A stretch of 64,000 nt of DNA. It comes from Anthoceros angustus. Lineage: Eukaryota; Plantae; Anthocerotophyta. Of the stretch, positions 38,779-51,106 are shown in pieces. Position 1 is the stretch's first letter; each line of letters starts with the position of its first letter. The DNA is taken from assembly GCA_010909165.1 (NCBI GenBank), contig MU008194.1, forward strand, positions 434,001 through 498,000. Direction: 5' to 3'. A model generated the notes under the pieces. It was not told where the DNA came from and made no database searches. It saw only the letters and a list, made by a program, of their open reading frames with translations. The translations under genes were made by a program, and so were the position numbers.

Positions 38779-41700
38779 CTCCCACTTAGTTGCAGTATTT
38801 TCAAAGTGGAAATTTAGACTGAAATATCTGTCCCTCACATGCAAGCTGTGACGAGTACAGAATGATGGACTGAAAACACATGCCAAACGAGGTCGCGTTC
38901 TAGCTCACTTCAGTCCGCTTGCAATTACACTCCAGCACGCTCTAAGAACAGCATCTATGGCTACCTTCAGTCCCATAGAAATGCTTCTCTTGATCGCAGT
39001 ATTCATTCTCTGCTTCTTCCGCAGCTGACTGTCCTCTACTCCTCCTCGCAAGTGCGTGCATCCAAGGCTTGAGTGGGCTCCAATGGCAGACTCTATGCAG
39101 GGCTTCAAGTGTCTAAGTTGTGACAGGATTTGGATCCCTGTGCTGAAATTTCGGAGCACCAATCCTGCCTTCACGCTTTGCACTGTCCAGCTTCAAACAT
39201 CGTCTCCTTTTACTCTCCTAGCTCGGCTCCACTTCCGAAAGCAAGAGGAAGAGAGGAGTGACAGGTGTGGCTTTGCAGCCTACACCTGAAGAGATTGAAT
39301 TCAATCTCTTCAGGTTGAATTCAATCTCTTCAGATTGAATTCAATCTCTTCAGGTGAATTATGCTTCGAAGCATAATTCCTCTCCCTGTGGATTCAGATG
39401 ATGAAGCCTACATGGAGAAAGAGTGGGGATACAAGCCTTCTATGGGTTCCAAGAGTGTGATTCCCTTCCACAACAACTCCCGCACGCGGGCTGCGTCACT
39501 CGTCTCCACTTCAGCTGGGCGGGTCAATGAGTTGCCGTGCTTGAGCCATGGACTGTGGAGCCAGCGTCACAGTCCATGGCTCGAGAAACACACTAAGACT
39601 CCTAAGAAAGGAAAGGAGAAACCTGCACCACATGTGACAGGAAGTGGGATACAGGTGCTATACGGATGTAAGTACGTTACTCTTAGAAAGCATGCATGAA
39701 ACCTGACAGAGTTGTGATGCTGATTACTGCTGTGGGTGTTGCAGCCTTGACTGAAAAAATTCGCAAAATCTAACAAGGCAAGGGAAGGCCTGAAGAAAAC
39801 AGTCACAAAACAGGGCAAACTCCCACTGAGTGATTAGAAGCAGTAAACTCTAGTGGGCAGTGCCCTTAGCAGCAACGGCAGGAATTTCACTAATGCCAGC
39901 GGAGGCAGTATGTTTCTCATGGATAGGTTTGGAAAGAGCTTTCGTAAGAAGATCAGAGATGTTGTCCTCAATAGGCACATAAGACACTGTTACCTCTCCA
40001 GACTCAGCAGCTTGCCTGATAAAGTGATGACTTATCTCGATGTGTTTTGATCGTGCATGGAAAACCGAATTCTTGCTAAGTGCGATAGCTGATTGGTTGT
40101 CACACCACAAAGGCGTTGCACCTGGCTGCAGTTGTTGAAGCCCCTTCATAAAACTCCGGATCCATATGACCTCCTTAGCAGCTTGTGTCATGGCAGCATA
40201 TTCTGCCTCAGTAGAGGATAGACATATAGTTGATAGTTTCTTACTACTCCATGAAACAGCAGAGGTCCCCAGAAAGACGCAGTAGGCAGCAACAGATTTC
40301 CTGGTGTCAGGATCCCCCGCCCAATCCGCATCGCAATAAGCAGTGAGATCCAGACCTGTCTTACACCTAGTGAACCTAAGGCCCTTCTTGTCTGTTCCTT
40401 TCAAGTATCTAAAATGCGCTTTGAGATCCAATGAGATGGGCGAGATTCTCCAAGAAGCGCTTCTGACTCCCTGTAATGTCCATACGGGTCGGTAGGAGAG
40501 ATAAATGAGGAGCCGGCTCACTCTACATAAGGAATATTGGCCATGGCTCGTTTGTCCTCCTCGATGTGAAACCTTTGTTCTAAGGAGAGCTTCTCACCTA
40601 AGGACATGGGTGTAGCTACAGGCTTCACATCTTGCATGTTGAAGCGCTGTAGAAGCTGATACACAAAGTGCTCTTGATGTATATCAATGGTGCCATCAGT
40701 CCTGTTGAAATGAAACTGAACACCCAGGGTAAAGGTGAGTTCTCCTAGGTTAGTCATATCGAACTTAGAAAGAAGAATCAGCTTGATACCAGCAGAGTTG
40801 CTGAATAGAAAGTTGTCATTAACATAGACAGTGAGGATCAAGAAATCCGCCCCATCCCACAGGATATAAACACTTGTGTCCGCATCAAGGCTAGTGAAGC
40901 CTAGTTCCATCAAAAGCTTATGGAATACCTCATACCATGCACGAGATGCCTGTTTGAGATCATAAAGTGTCTTGAGCAGCTTGCACACTTTGTCCTTGTC
41001 AATGACAAAACCCTCCGGCTGGCTCATGTAGATATCTTCCTCCGAGGCCATTCGTAGAAATTTGTTTTTGACATCCATTAGTGTACAAGAAGGTTATAAT
41101 GGACAGCTAGGGCTAAGGATCCTTCTGAGGTGGACTTGACGAGGGCAAAGGTTTCGTTGAAGTGAGTCCGAGAATCTGTCATGGCAGCATGCGCCTCGAG
41201 AGGATAGACATATAGTTGATAGTTTCTTACTACTCCATGAAGCAGAGGTCCCCGAGAAAAGACGCAGAGGCAACAGATTTCACGTGTCGATCCCCGCCCA
41301 ATCCGCATCGCAATAAGCGGTGAGATCCAGACTGTCTTACACCCAGTGAACCTAAGGCCCTTCTTATACATTTCGTCTTTCAAGTATCTAAAATGCGCTT
41401 TGAGGCCCAATGAGATGGGCGAGATTCTCAAGAACGCTTTACTCCCACGCCAGTGTAATGTCCATACGGGTCGGTAGGAGAGATAAATGAGGAGCCGGCT
41501 CATAAGGAATATTGGCCATGGCTCGTTTGTCCTCAAGATGGTGGCACCTTTGTTCTAAGGAGAGCTTCTCACCTAAGGACATGGGTGTAGCTTCACATCT
41601 TGCATGTTGAAGCCAGAAGCCCGATACACAAAGTGCTCTTGATGTATATCAATGGTGCCATCACCAAAGCTGAAACCCAACACCTGGGGGTAAAGGTGAG

Positions 41701-42293
41701 TTCTCCTAGGTTAGTCATATCGAACTTAGAAAGAAGAATCACGATACCAGTGAGTTCTTTGAATAGAAAGTTGTCATTAACATGAGTGAGGATCAAGAAA
41801 TCCGCCCCATCCACGGGATATAAACACTTGTGTCCGTGATCAAGGCTAGTGAAGCCTAGTTCCATCAAAAGCTTATGGAATACCTCATACCATGCACGAG
41901 ATGCCTGTTGAGATCATAAAGTGTCTTGAGCAGCTTGCACACTTTGTCCTTGTCAATGACAAAACCCTCCGGCTCATGTAGATATCTCCGTATCATTATT
42001 CGTTTTGACATCCAGTAGTGTACAAGAAGGTTATAATGGACAGCTAGGGCTAAGGATCCTTACAGAGGTGGACTTGTGACTCGGGGCAAAGGTTTCGTTG
42101 AAGTGAGTCCGAGAATCGTCATGGCCCTTGGCAACAAGGTGGGCCTTGTATCTACCATCAGTATTCAATTTTTTCTTAAAGACCCACTTGCATGCAACTG
42201 GTTTTCTACCTGGAGGGAGATCTACAAGCTTCCAAGTCTTGTTCTGAATGAGAGAATTGTATTCAGAGTCTATAGCAGCTTGCCAAAAAGAGG

Positions 42294-44576
42294 AACACGA
42301 TATCTTGTGAAGGGGGTGAATATTCACGAAGGGGGTTTTCCGAAAAATATCTCCTGAAGGGGGTTTGACATGGGTCTTGAACTGGTGGTTTTTGAGGTAT
42401 GAATAAATGTAAGGCAAAAAAGAAGAGTGGAAATTCCTATGAACCAGTGATACAAGGTCCATTTCATGCCAGCGAAGGGTTATGGTGCAAGAGGTAACCC
42501 TATTTGGGGTGCATTTAAGACCCATGACAAGGGCCATTGCTGCCGGTCACTGCGGGTCTTTCTCGCACAACAACCCTAAAGATTCGTAAAAAGCACGGTG
42601 ATCAAAATTGGATGAGAGGCGAACCCGCTGATGGCCGGGGAGCAAAGCATGTCTGAGGAGTAGGGCGCCGGCCGCCTTTCCTTGGCATTGCGATGATGCC
42701 TTGAAAGGCGGAGAGTAGCAGCCCATAGCGGATGTGTGTACAAAAGACTTTGGGGTGTGGGGTGGGTGGGTGGCACGCACACCCTCAATTGTGCCCGCAA
42801 ATATAATCACATGGTTCAGTCCCACAGACTGCAATCGATGAATGAAGAAAAGTGTGGGGCAACTGGTTCCCGCCAACATATCGCACAGAAAAACATGCCC
42901 GCAGGGCTCATCGTGTGTTGCCTGTTAGTATGCCGCAATGCCGAGCGCGCAACTACCACCACACTCCCCACATGTCCTTCCGCATGTAATGGAAAAAGGC
43001 TTGAACATTGGAAGTTATTAAGCATGGGAAGTCTACAACGGCACACAGGACACAACCAAATTCCTATCATGGGCCTAGACTCTTTGAAATATATCTGCGC
43101 TTGGAAATGTGCACTCAAACTACGAATTGAGCTTCACGCATAACCTCACCAATTGCCGTTGAAGATGACCTAACATTCGAGGGTTTCCTACTCTTCGCGG
43201 ACTCACGCCATCATCTTCGTTGGGCACGACATCATGACCATCATCTTCACTATCCTCGGTGGCACTTTGACTCATTGGTTGAATAAAGCCTCGCAATTCA
43301 ATTAAGTTATTCTTGATTGCCTTCTTATCCACAGTACAAATGTTTCCGCCGTCAAGTTGAACTCATTATAGAGGATGACCGTTTGGTGAACAAAACCTCT
43401 ACTTACACGATCTATTTCTCTGACAGTCTCAAAGTAATGCTATGCTTCACGTTTGGTGGGTACTGAACATGCCCATATATTCTTGAGAAGCAAGCACATA
43501 GTACAGTACGAATGAATGAATGAAAATAGGTCCATAGGTGTTTTTGAAAATGTGTGCAACCATGGCATGAGAGGAGTTTCAATATACACATCCATAAAGA
43601 GCGGCCGGCCGCCTTCCCCAACAAACCTTGTACATGGGCCGGGGCCCTAACAAGCCTTGTACATGGCGCCGGCCGCGCCCTTCTAACAAGCCTTGTACAT
43701 GGGCGCCGGCCGGCGCCCTTCCCTAGCAAGCCTTGTACATGGGCTGCCATTGATAAAATAAAAAATTAGTGCTTCTCTTGTGTTTCAGTCTAGGATAGTT
43801 ACTCAAGTGGTTTGGAAATAATGTGTGGGTGAGTAGGACATGGGTTCGAGTCCTGTAGAGGCATGAAAAACTTCTTGTTGATTTTATGGGCGCATGGGCA
43901 CGGCCATTTAAGGGCGCTAGCATGCCCCTCTATTGAGGCTGACTTGAGGTGTGCAGGATATATTCCACAACGGATCCATGGGTATGAGGTTTTGCGGATC
44001 TTGTGAAGAATTGACATTAGAGGCCCACCGGAGGGCTTGCGCAGGCAAAGGAGGTGTGTATCAACGAGAAGGACTCTTTGAAAGCGCGGTGGTTTCTTTG
44101 AATGCTCGTCGGTGAAGACCAAAGCGGGAGGATGAGCAGACTCAAGGGCTTTGGGCGAGCGATAGCTTTGATGAGCAGGCTGGAGGATTGAAATTTGGTC
44201 ATCGTGATGGATTGAGTCCGCTCTAGCACCCGATGAGTCACAAGTTAGTCATAGAGAGTAGGTTTATGGTTCTGTAGGCACCTAGATGTGCTTCTTCTCT
44301 GTGTTCGTAATAACTTTTGGACCCGTTGTAGTGAGGCAATTGATGATCTCATTTTCCCTCTTCCTCAAAAACAAAGCGGCGCCGGCCGGCGCCTTCCTTA
44401 TTGTTGTCTTTGTGTGTTGGAAGCGGGTTTTCATGATAACTACTCGTTGAAAACGGTCGACCTTTCTTGAAAGCGAGGCAAAACGCATATTTCGGGACTG
44501 TGTGGAATGTGCTAAGAGGGTTTCCATGTCACAGAAGGGGGTTCGGATATTCACCCCCTTCGAAAGATATCGTGTT
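42294..44576. mobile_element. Non-autonomous DNA transposon with 30-bp TIRs and a 4-bp TSD (GAGG), inserted in Copia pol
   Basis: Left end aacacgatatcttgtgaagggggtgaatat. Right end is its reverse complement with 2 mismatches. gagg lies at 42290-42293 and 44577-44580. Removing the element restores Copia PEASFWQAAIDSE. Confidence 0.88.
43600..43745. repeat. Four imperfect tandem units containing aagccttgtacatgggc..ccgg inside the TIR element
   Basis: Direct inspection. Confidence 0.8.
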
Positions 44577-47340
44577 GAGGCCTCAGGGCCTTCTAAGGCT
44601 TCTTTGTAAGTAGCTGGTTCACCTAAAGAGGAAGACACACTAAGTACAGCTGCAGTAGACATGTCAGAGGTTACCATGCTTGCCCACCGGTATTGAGGAT
44701 CTTGCCACTCATGCATGGGGCGACGTATGCGGGCAGAACGACGAAGAGGAGGGTTCTCTTCTTCAAGATCAGACTCCTCGACCTGAGTATCTACAGGCTC
44801 AGCCAGATCAGCATCGCCATTGGCAGGTGTACCTGGATTTTCATCATTATGGCCTGGAGATGGTGGGGAAGTAATGTTCTCAGAGTCACTATTGTCATCA
44901 GGAGCTGGAGTAGCCTGCATTGATGGAGGTGCCCCCCCGTGATCCGAAGAAGAGTCATCCTCATCATCAAAGAAACTCGGCTCGTCAGTATCATTAGGAA
45001 GAGAATCCTCAATACCAGTGATGGAAGCAGGCACAGGAGTGGCATCTAGGTGCAAAGCAGCAGCATGTCGGCCAGTAAAAGGCGCCTCATGAAAATCACA
45101 CTGTGACAAAGTGAGTCTTAGGGTAGGGTTGAAAAGTTTGTAGCCCTTCACCTCTTCAGAATAGCCGACAAAAACATGATGAGAGGCCTTGGGATCAAGC
45201 TTGGAGCGCAGAGCTGGTGGAACAAGGGCATAAGCTGGTGACCCAAAGATGCGCAGGTGCCGAACGCAAGGCTTCCTACCAGTCCATCGCTCATAGGGAG
45301 TAATGGAACCAAGTTCCTTGGTGGGTAGGCGATTCTGAACATAGTTGGCTGCCACCAAAGCTTCAGCCCAATACCCACGGGTGAGTCCAGCAAAGATGAG
45401 AGAAGCCAAAGTGGCTTCTTGCAAAGTCCTGTTTTTGTAATCTGAAAAAGCATTCTGCTCTGGAGTATATGGAACTGTAAACTGATGAAGAATACCTTCC
45501 TTCTCGCAGAAAGCAGCGAATGCATGGCTGGTGTACTCACCCCCGTTATCTGTTCGCAGGATGCGCACCTTGCTTGAAGTCTGTATTTGTGCAAACTGAA
45601 CATAGGACTGAAAACAGTCAAGTGCTTCACTCTTGTGCCGAAGTAGATACACCACACAATACCGACTCCACTCGTCGATGAATGTGAGAAAATAATCTAC
45701 CCCTCCAAACGAGCTAGTGGACAAAGGGCCGCAGATATCACTATGAACTGTGTGCAGCAACCCATCAGCACGGCTAAGAGCCTTATCCGAGAAAGGAAGT
45801 GAGTGGCATGGGCTTTACTGAGTTGACAAGCCTCACAGAAGGCATGTTTGTCAAAAGGAAAATCCAAAGGCTCTCGGTAACTCTCACCTTTCACTAGAGT
45901 ACCCAGACGCTGGAAGTTGACATGCCCGAGATGGCAGTGCCACAGCTGTGTAGCAGGAATTTCTGTGGAATGTACAGACTGTGTAGAACCCAAAACCGTC
46001 TTGACATTCAAAAGGTACAAATCATGGAAAGGAGACCCTGAAAAGAGATCTAGACCTGACCTGGTACAGGTGATGGAGCACCCTTGATGATCGAAACACA
46101 CTTTGTAACTGTGTGCCTGTGAGAGTTTCAAGACAGACATAAAATTCTTAGTCATAGATGGGACATAAAGCACGTCTGTAAGAGTGAGGTTGGAAGAATC
46201 AGGTAAAGTGATGACAATTGATCCCGCACCCTTGATCGAAAGCCCACTGTCATCCCCTGGCAACACAAACTGCTTGGAATCAATAGCTGGAGTAAAAGAC
46301 GAAAAAGCACGCCTACAAAAACAAATGTGACTCGTTGCTCCAGAATCTAAAAACCAAGTATCAGGGTGAACTTGTGTGGAAGACAGGCAGACTGCTAGGA
46401 TAGAGGGCTGCTTAGCCTTGCTGATGGTGACGTTGCTTTCAGGAGGATGATCACGTCGAGGTTCTCCTCCCTTCTTCTTGCGACAGTCCCGTTCATGGTG
46501 CCCAGGAATTTTGCACCAATTGCAAACAAACGTCTTGTTGTTGTTGTTGTCAATTGTGCGTGGTGGCTGTGTGTGGGAGCCACGTCCTCTGCCCCTACCA
46601 CGAAAGCCTCCGCGTCCTCTTGAGGTGAATAGTACTCTGGTATTACTGGAAGTAGAACCCTTTTGCTTGCTGAAGCTCCGAGTACGCTCCTCATAAATAA
46701 GGGCCCCAATAACATCCTCAAGAGTAGTTACCTTGGGTGTTTGACCAGAAGCTGTCGCTTGCACAGCAGAGTTGATTGTGGCATTCTGGCTGGCCACAAA
46801 GTACTGATAGCTCTTTGGTAATGAAGCCAAGAGACTGATAGCTGCTTGAACTTCTGACAGCACAGTGCCACAAAAAGCAAGATTAGCCCGTGATGTGCAA
46901 AACTTGTTGATGTAGGCCTCAACAGGCTCATTCTCTCGCATCCTCAGGTTGAAAAAGTCTATGTGCGCATGCACAAGAGAGGCTGAACTCTTATCCTGAG
47001 AGATAGACTGGAAGACTTCCCGAACAGCTGTGGAAGTCTTGGCTCCTATTGTATGAGGCATCATGGTTTTATCTAAAGCAGCAATGAGAATTGAGCGAGC
47101 ACGACGATCCTTCCGCTCCCAAGCTAGGATCTCTTCTGCACTTCTAGCAGGTACTGTGACCTTGGGGTCTGTGCCGTCCACGACAGACATCAGCTCATGC
47201 TCCTCAAATATTTGAGTTAGCCTCATGACCCAGATATTGTAATCTGTTGCCATTGAACCTATCCTTGTCCTTGAATTCAAAGGAGCAGGATTTGTAGCCA
47301 TGTTGACAGGAGCAACAGGCTTCAGGAAACTGTTCAAGAC

Positions 47341-50300
47341 CAACAATCTTCGTATCAAACCCGGGCAGGACAAAAGGATCGGAGACGAGGCCAGATCTGG
47401 ATAAGGTACCAGGCGCCTAGCGAAACAGAAGGAAAGGATTCCAAAGGCCACCTGAGCATCCTCCAGCAAAGGGAGGTCCTCAATATGGGAGAGGTTCTCT
47501 GCAAGGGCCTTGTCTAGGAAGCTCCCAATGAAGTCGGGGAACCAAGGGACCCCAAGAATCCATGAGACCAAGAGTGAGCAATCTCCCAGGAGCTAGTGGC
47601 GGGATCCCCGGCCGGGGACAGATGCACTTGGACATCTTGACCTTCAAGCCCTGGCAGCTCGGAGAATATCTCAAAGGCCTCCTTGACTTTGTCCCGGGCA
47701 GGGATGTGAGAATCGTGCAGCGAAGGGAGACACGGTCAGCGGAGGCGGCCTAGGCAGAGCCCTATAGTGAGCAATAGCGAAGAGCACCGCCTAGCGGGTT
47801 GCCTTGCACAGTACACATGGCCGATTCAAGGCAGGCAGAAACACGAAGAGACGTTCTTGTCTTTGGTAGTAGAGGTTGGAGGACCTCCGTAGAAGCACCG
47901 GACAAAGGGTATAAGACTCCCGGGGCGCCTTGACATCCCTAAGCTCCTCAAAGATGGCGCTCAGGAAATGGTATTGAAGGCGTTCTCGACATCCACTGTA
48001 AGACTACCCAATCCGGGTGGGTATCAAGGCAAGCTTTCACCCCTAGCATCACGGACTTCGGCCAATTCAATGCCAAATTGAAGGGGTTGAAGTCTTCTTT
48101 GGAGAAGGGAGGCGACGCTGCGGGCGATAGTGCGGTGAGTAGCCGCATGAAGGCCTCCCAACCGCGAGTGGGCGACGCCCGAGAAAGGCGCTTGTCCATA
48201 GCGACAAGCCTACTAATGCAAACGGTGAAATCCGGTGAGGCATCTCTCCACGAGCCACCGTGACCCGAGAAAAGAGCTGGAAAGCCGATGGATGGGAAAA
48301 GGCGAGGGTTGTGGAGAGCTAGAGCAAAAGCCGCCGGTCGAGGAGAAGGGATCCTCAGGACATAGTCGGATATGTCGGGGAATGGCATCCTTAGGTGGCG
48401 GATGGAGGGCACGAGGGCGCAATTGTCTCTTGAGCGGGGCCGGAGGGGCGGGTCGAAGAGCCCTAGCGGTGTGAGCATATTCACCACTTTGGCCAAGCAA
48501 CTTGCGGCGTAGGTTTGTTGCATTACCGGTACTGTTCCAAGCTGGCGGCGATTCCGGGACTTGGCGGCCGCCTGACCTCCTCTGAAGAGCCGCCCGATCG
48601 CCCGGCCACGCCAAAGGCGGCTAGCAACTTCACGGTGCCGCCCCCTCCTGGTGCAGAAGACACCATCGGGAGAAGAAGGAGGAGGCACCAAGCTAACTCA
48701 TCCGGGGATCGGCGCAAGGCGATCTAGGGAAGGCGAAATGTCGACGGGCATCATCGTGAAGGTGCCGAGGAAGCTCCCAATGAAGTCGGGGAACCAAGGG
48801 ACCCCAAGAATCCATGAGACCAAGAGTGAGCAATCTCCCAGGAGCTAGTGGCGGGATCCCGGCCGGGGACAGATGCACTTGGACATCTTGACCTTCAAGC
48901 CCTGGCAGCTCGGAGAATATCTCAAAGGCCTCCTTGACTTTGTCCCAGGCAGGGATGTGAGAATCGTGCAGCGAAGGGAGACACGGTCAGCGGAGGCGGC
49001 CTAGGCAGCCTATAGTGAGCAATAGCGAAGAGCACCGCCTAGCGGGTTGCCTTACACAGTACACATGGCCGATTCAAGGCAGGCAGAAACACGAAGAGGC
49101 GTTCTTGTCTTTGGTAGTAGAGGTTGGAGGACCTCCGTAGAAACCCGGACAAAGGGTATAAGACTCCCGGGGCGCCTTGACATCCTAAGCTCCTCAAAGA
49201 TGGCGCTCAAAATGGTATTGAAGGCGTTCTCGACATCCACTGTAAGACTACCCAATCCGGGTGGGTATCAAAAAGCTTTCACCCCTAGCATCACGGACTT
49301 CGGCCAATTCAATGCCAAATTGAAGGGGTTGAAGTCTTCTTTGGAGAAGGGAGGCGACGCTGCGGGCGATAGTGCGGTGAGTAGCCGCATGAAGGCCCGA
49401 GTGGGCGCCGAGCAGGCGAGCTTGTCCATAGCGACAAGCCTACTAATGCAAACGGTGAAATCCGGTGAGGCATCTCTCCACGAGCCACCGTGACCCGAGA
49501 AAAGAGCTGAAGCCGATGGATGGGAAAAGGCGAGGGTTGTGGAGAGGCTAGAGCAAAAGCCGGTCCGAGAGAAGGATCCTCAGGACATAGTCGGATATGT
49601 CGGGGAATGGCATCCTTAGGTGGCGGATGGAGGGCACGGAGGCAGCAATTGTCTCTTGAGCGGGGCCGGAGGGGCGGGTCGAAGAGCCCTAGCGGTGTGA
49701 GCATATTCACCAGCAAGCAACTTGCGGCGTAGGTTTGTTGCATTACCGGTACTGTTCCAAGCTGGCGGCGATTCGCGGGACTTGGCGACGCTGACCTCCT
49801 CTGAAGAGCCCGATCGCCCGGCAAGGCGGCTAGCAACTTCACGGTGCCCAGCCCCCCTAGTGCAGAAGACACCATCGGGGAGAAGGAGGAGGCTAACTCA
49901 TCCGGGGATCGAGGCGCAAGGCGATCTAGGGAAGGCGAAATGTCGACGGGCATCATCGTGAAGGTGAGAAACTGCGGAAGATGCGGACATGGAAGCGGGT
50001 TTCGAACATCCCAAGGATGTGATCCGGTGACTCAACCATTCCCGGAAGAAAGAGGCACCACAAGGAGAAACTCATGCGCGGAGGCGGGCGGGAGGAGGAG
50101 GTCGCGGCGTGCACTTGGGCAGCCTGTAGTCCGGTCGAAATCTTTATGCATGTGCGAGGTGAGTTTTCACCCCTTGGCCTTGATGAGTTGAGCATGATCG
50201 ACAAGGAGTGTCCTTGACTGTCATGGAGGGTGTGGATCGCCCCATTGGATGGGGGCGAAAAGGGCACGCGGTTGAAGGGTGTGGCGAGGAGAGGTGCAGG

Positions 50301-50800
50301 GACCGAGGGCAAAATGAGCCCAGCCTGGACCTGACATACAGAGTTTGAGCTCCGTATGGCGAACCCCAAAAGGCCGGCCAAAGGGCCCCAGCCAAGAGGG
50401 GGTGCAACCCACAGGACCACTGCCAACCACCAAACTAATGCCCACACCAGAATTTCGGCACAAAAGCCGGGGTGGAGATCCCCAGCCGGAAGAAGCCCAG
50501 CAGCGAGATGGCAGCAGCGAGATAAAATGGACTCACGAACATGTAATAGAGCTCACAACAATCACACAATCAACCGAACCATCTCAGGCAACAATCAACC
50601 ACCATCTCAGGCAACAATCAGCCACACCACATAGGGCATAACTTCACAACACAGAAGTCAATGTTTAAACGCAATACGTGGGGCATAACACTCAAACGCA
50701 AACATCTAGGGCCTAGCAACGGCCGCAACACCTAGGGCATAGCACTCAGTCGCAACCTACAGATACTATAGTACAATACGATACTACAGTAGAATACTAC
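47341..50800 (-). mobile_element. CRE-clade non-LTR retrotransposon fragments of a second family, tandemly repeated (47517-48767 and 48768-49964), plus a 5' region
   Basis: RLVAMDK, LGVKACLDTHPDWVVLQ, VDVENAFNTI, PGSLIPFVR, ILGVPWFP, LEDAQVAFGILSFCFARR. These are homologous to motifs in the element at 8800-11720. Confidence 0.8.
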
Positions 50801-51106
50801 AGTACAATACGATTGTTCAGACAATGGGAGACGTGTTTCGCAGACGTCCTGCATCGCGGTGTCTGAAATCTACAAAGCTCCTTGAACTATTTAGTGGTTC
50901 TGAGTCCTGCCATCACAGCAATCTGGAACTTGGAGGGAGGAGATCCTTTCTGCTTCGGGACTTCTACAAATTACGTCCGCCACACGCACATTCCCACTAC
51001 CGTTCGACTCAAAGGTTCAAGCTGGAACCAGCCTCATGAATAGTTTCTTTTTGTCGGGGAAGGAGATATCTGTTGATGACATGATTCATACTTTCATGAT
51101 TTAGCA

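Larger units (their letters stand above)
38540..47340 (-). mobile_element. Ty1/Copia LTR retrotransposon, degenerate; 5' LTR missing; interrupted by a TIR element
   Basis: Gag from ATG 47301 with zinc knuckle CNWCKIPGHHERDC. Protease WFLDSGATSH. Integrase LWHCHLGH..CEAC, HSDICGP, RTDNGGEY. RT CKWVFKKK, LKQASRAW, VYVNDN. RNase H AYCDADWAGD, SSTEAEY, CDNQSAI, HARSKHIE. Domain order is INT before RT. Confidence 0.93.

Noticed and set aside
39361-39699. Antisense or env-like extra ORF in the Copia 3' region
   Set aside because: Short, with no TM segment or recognisable motif.
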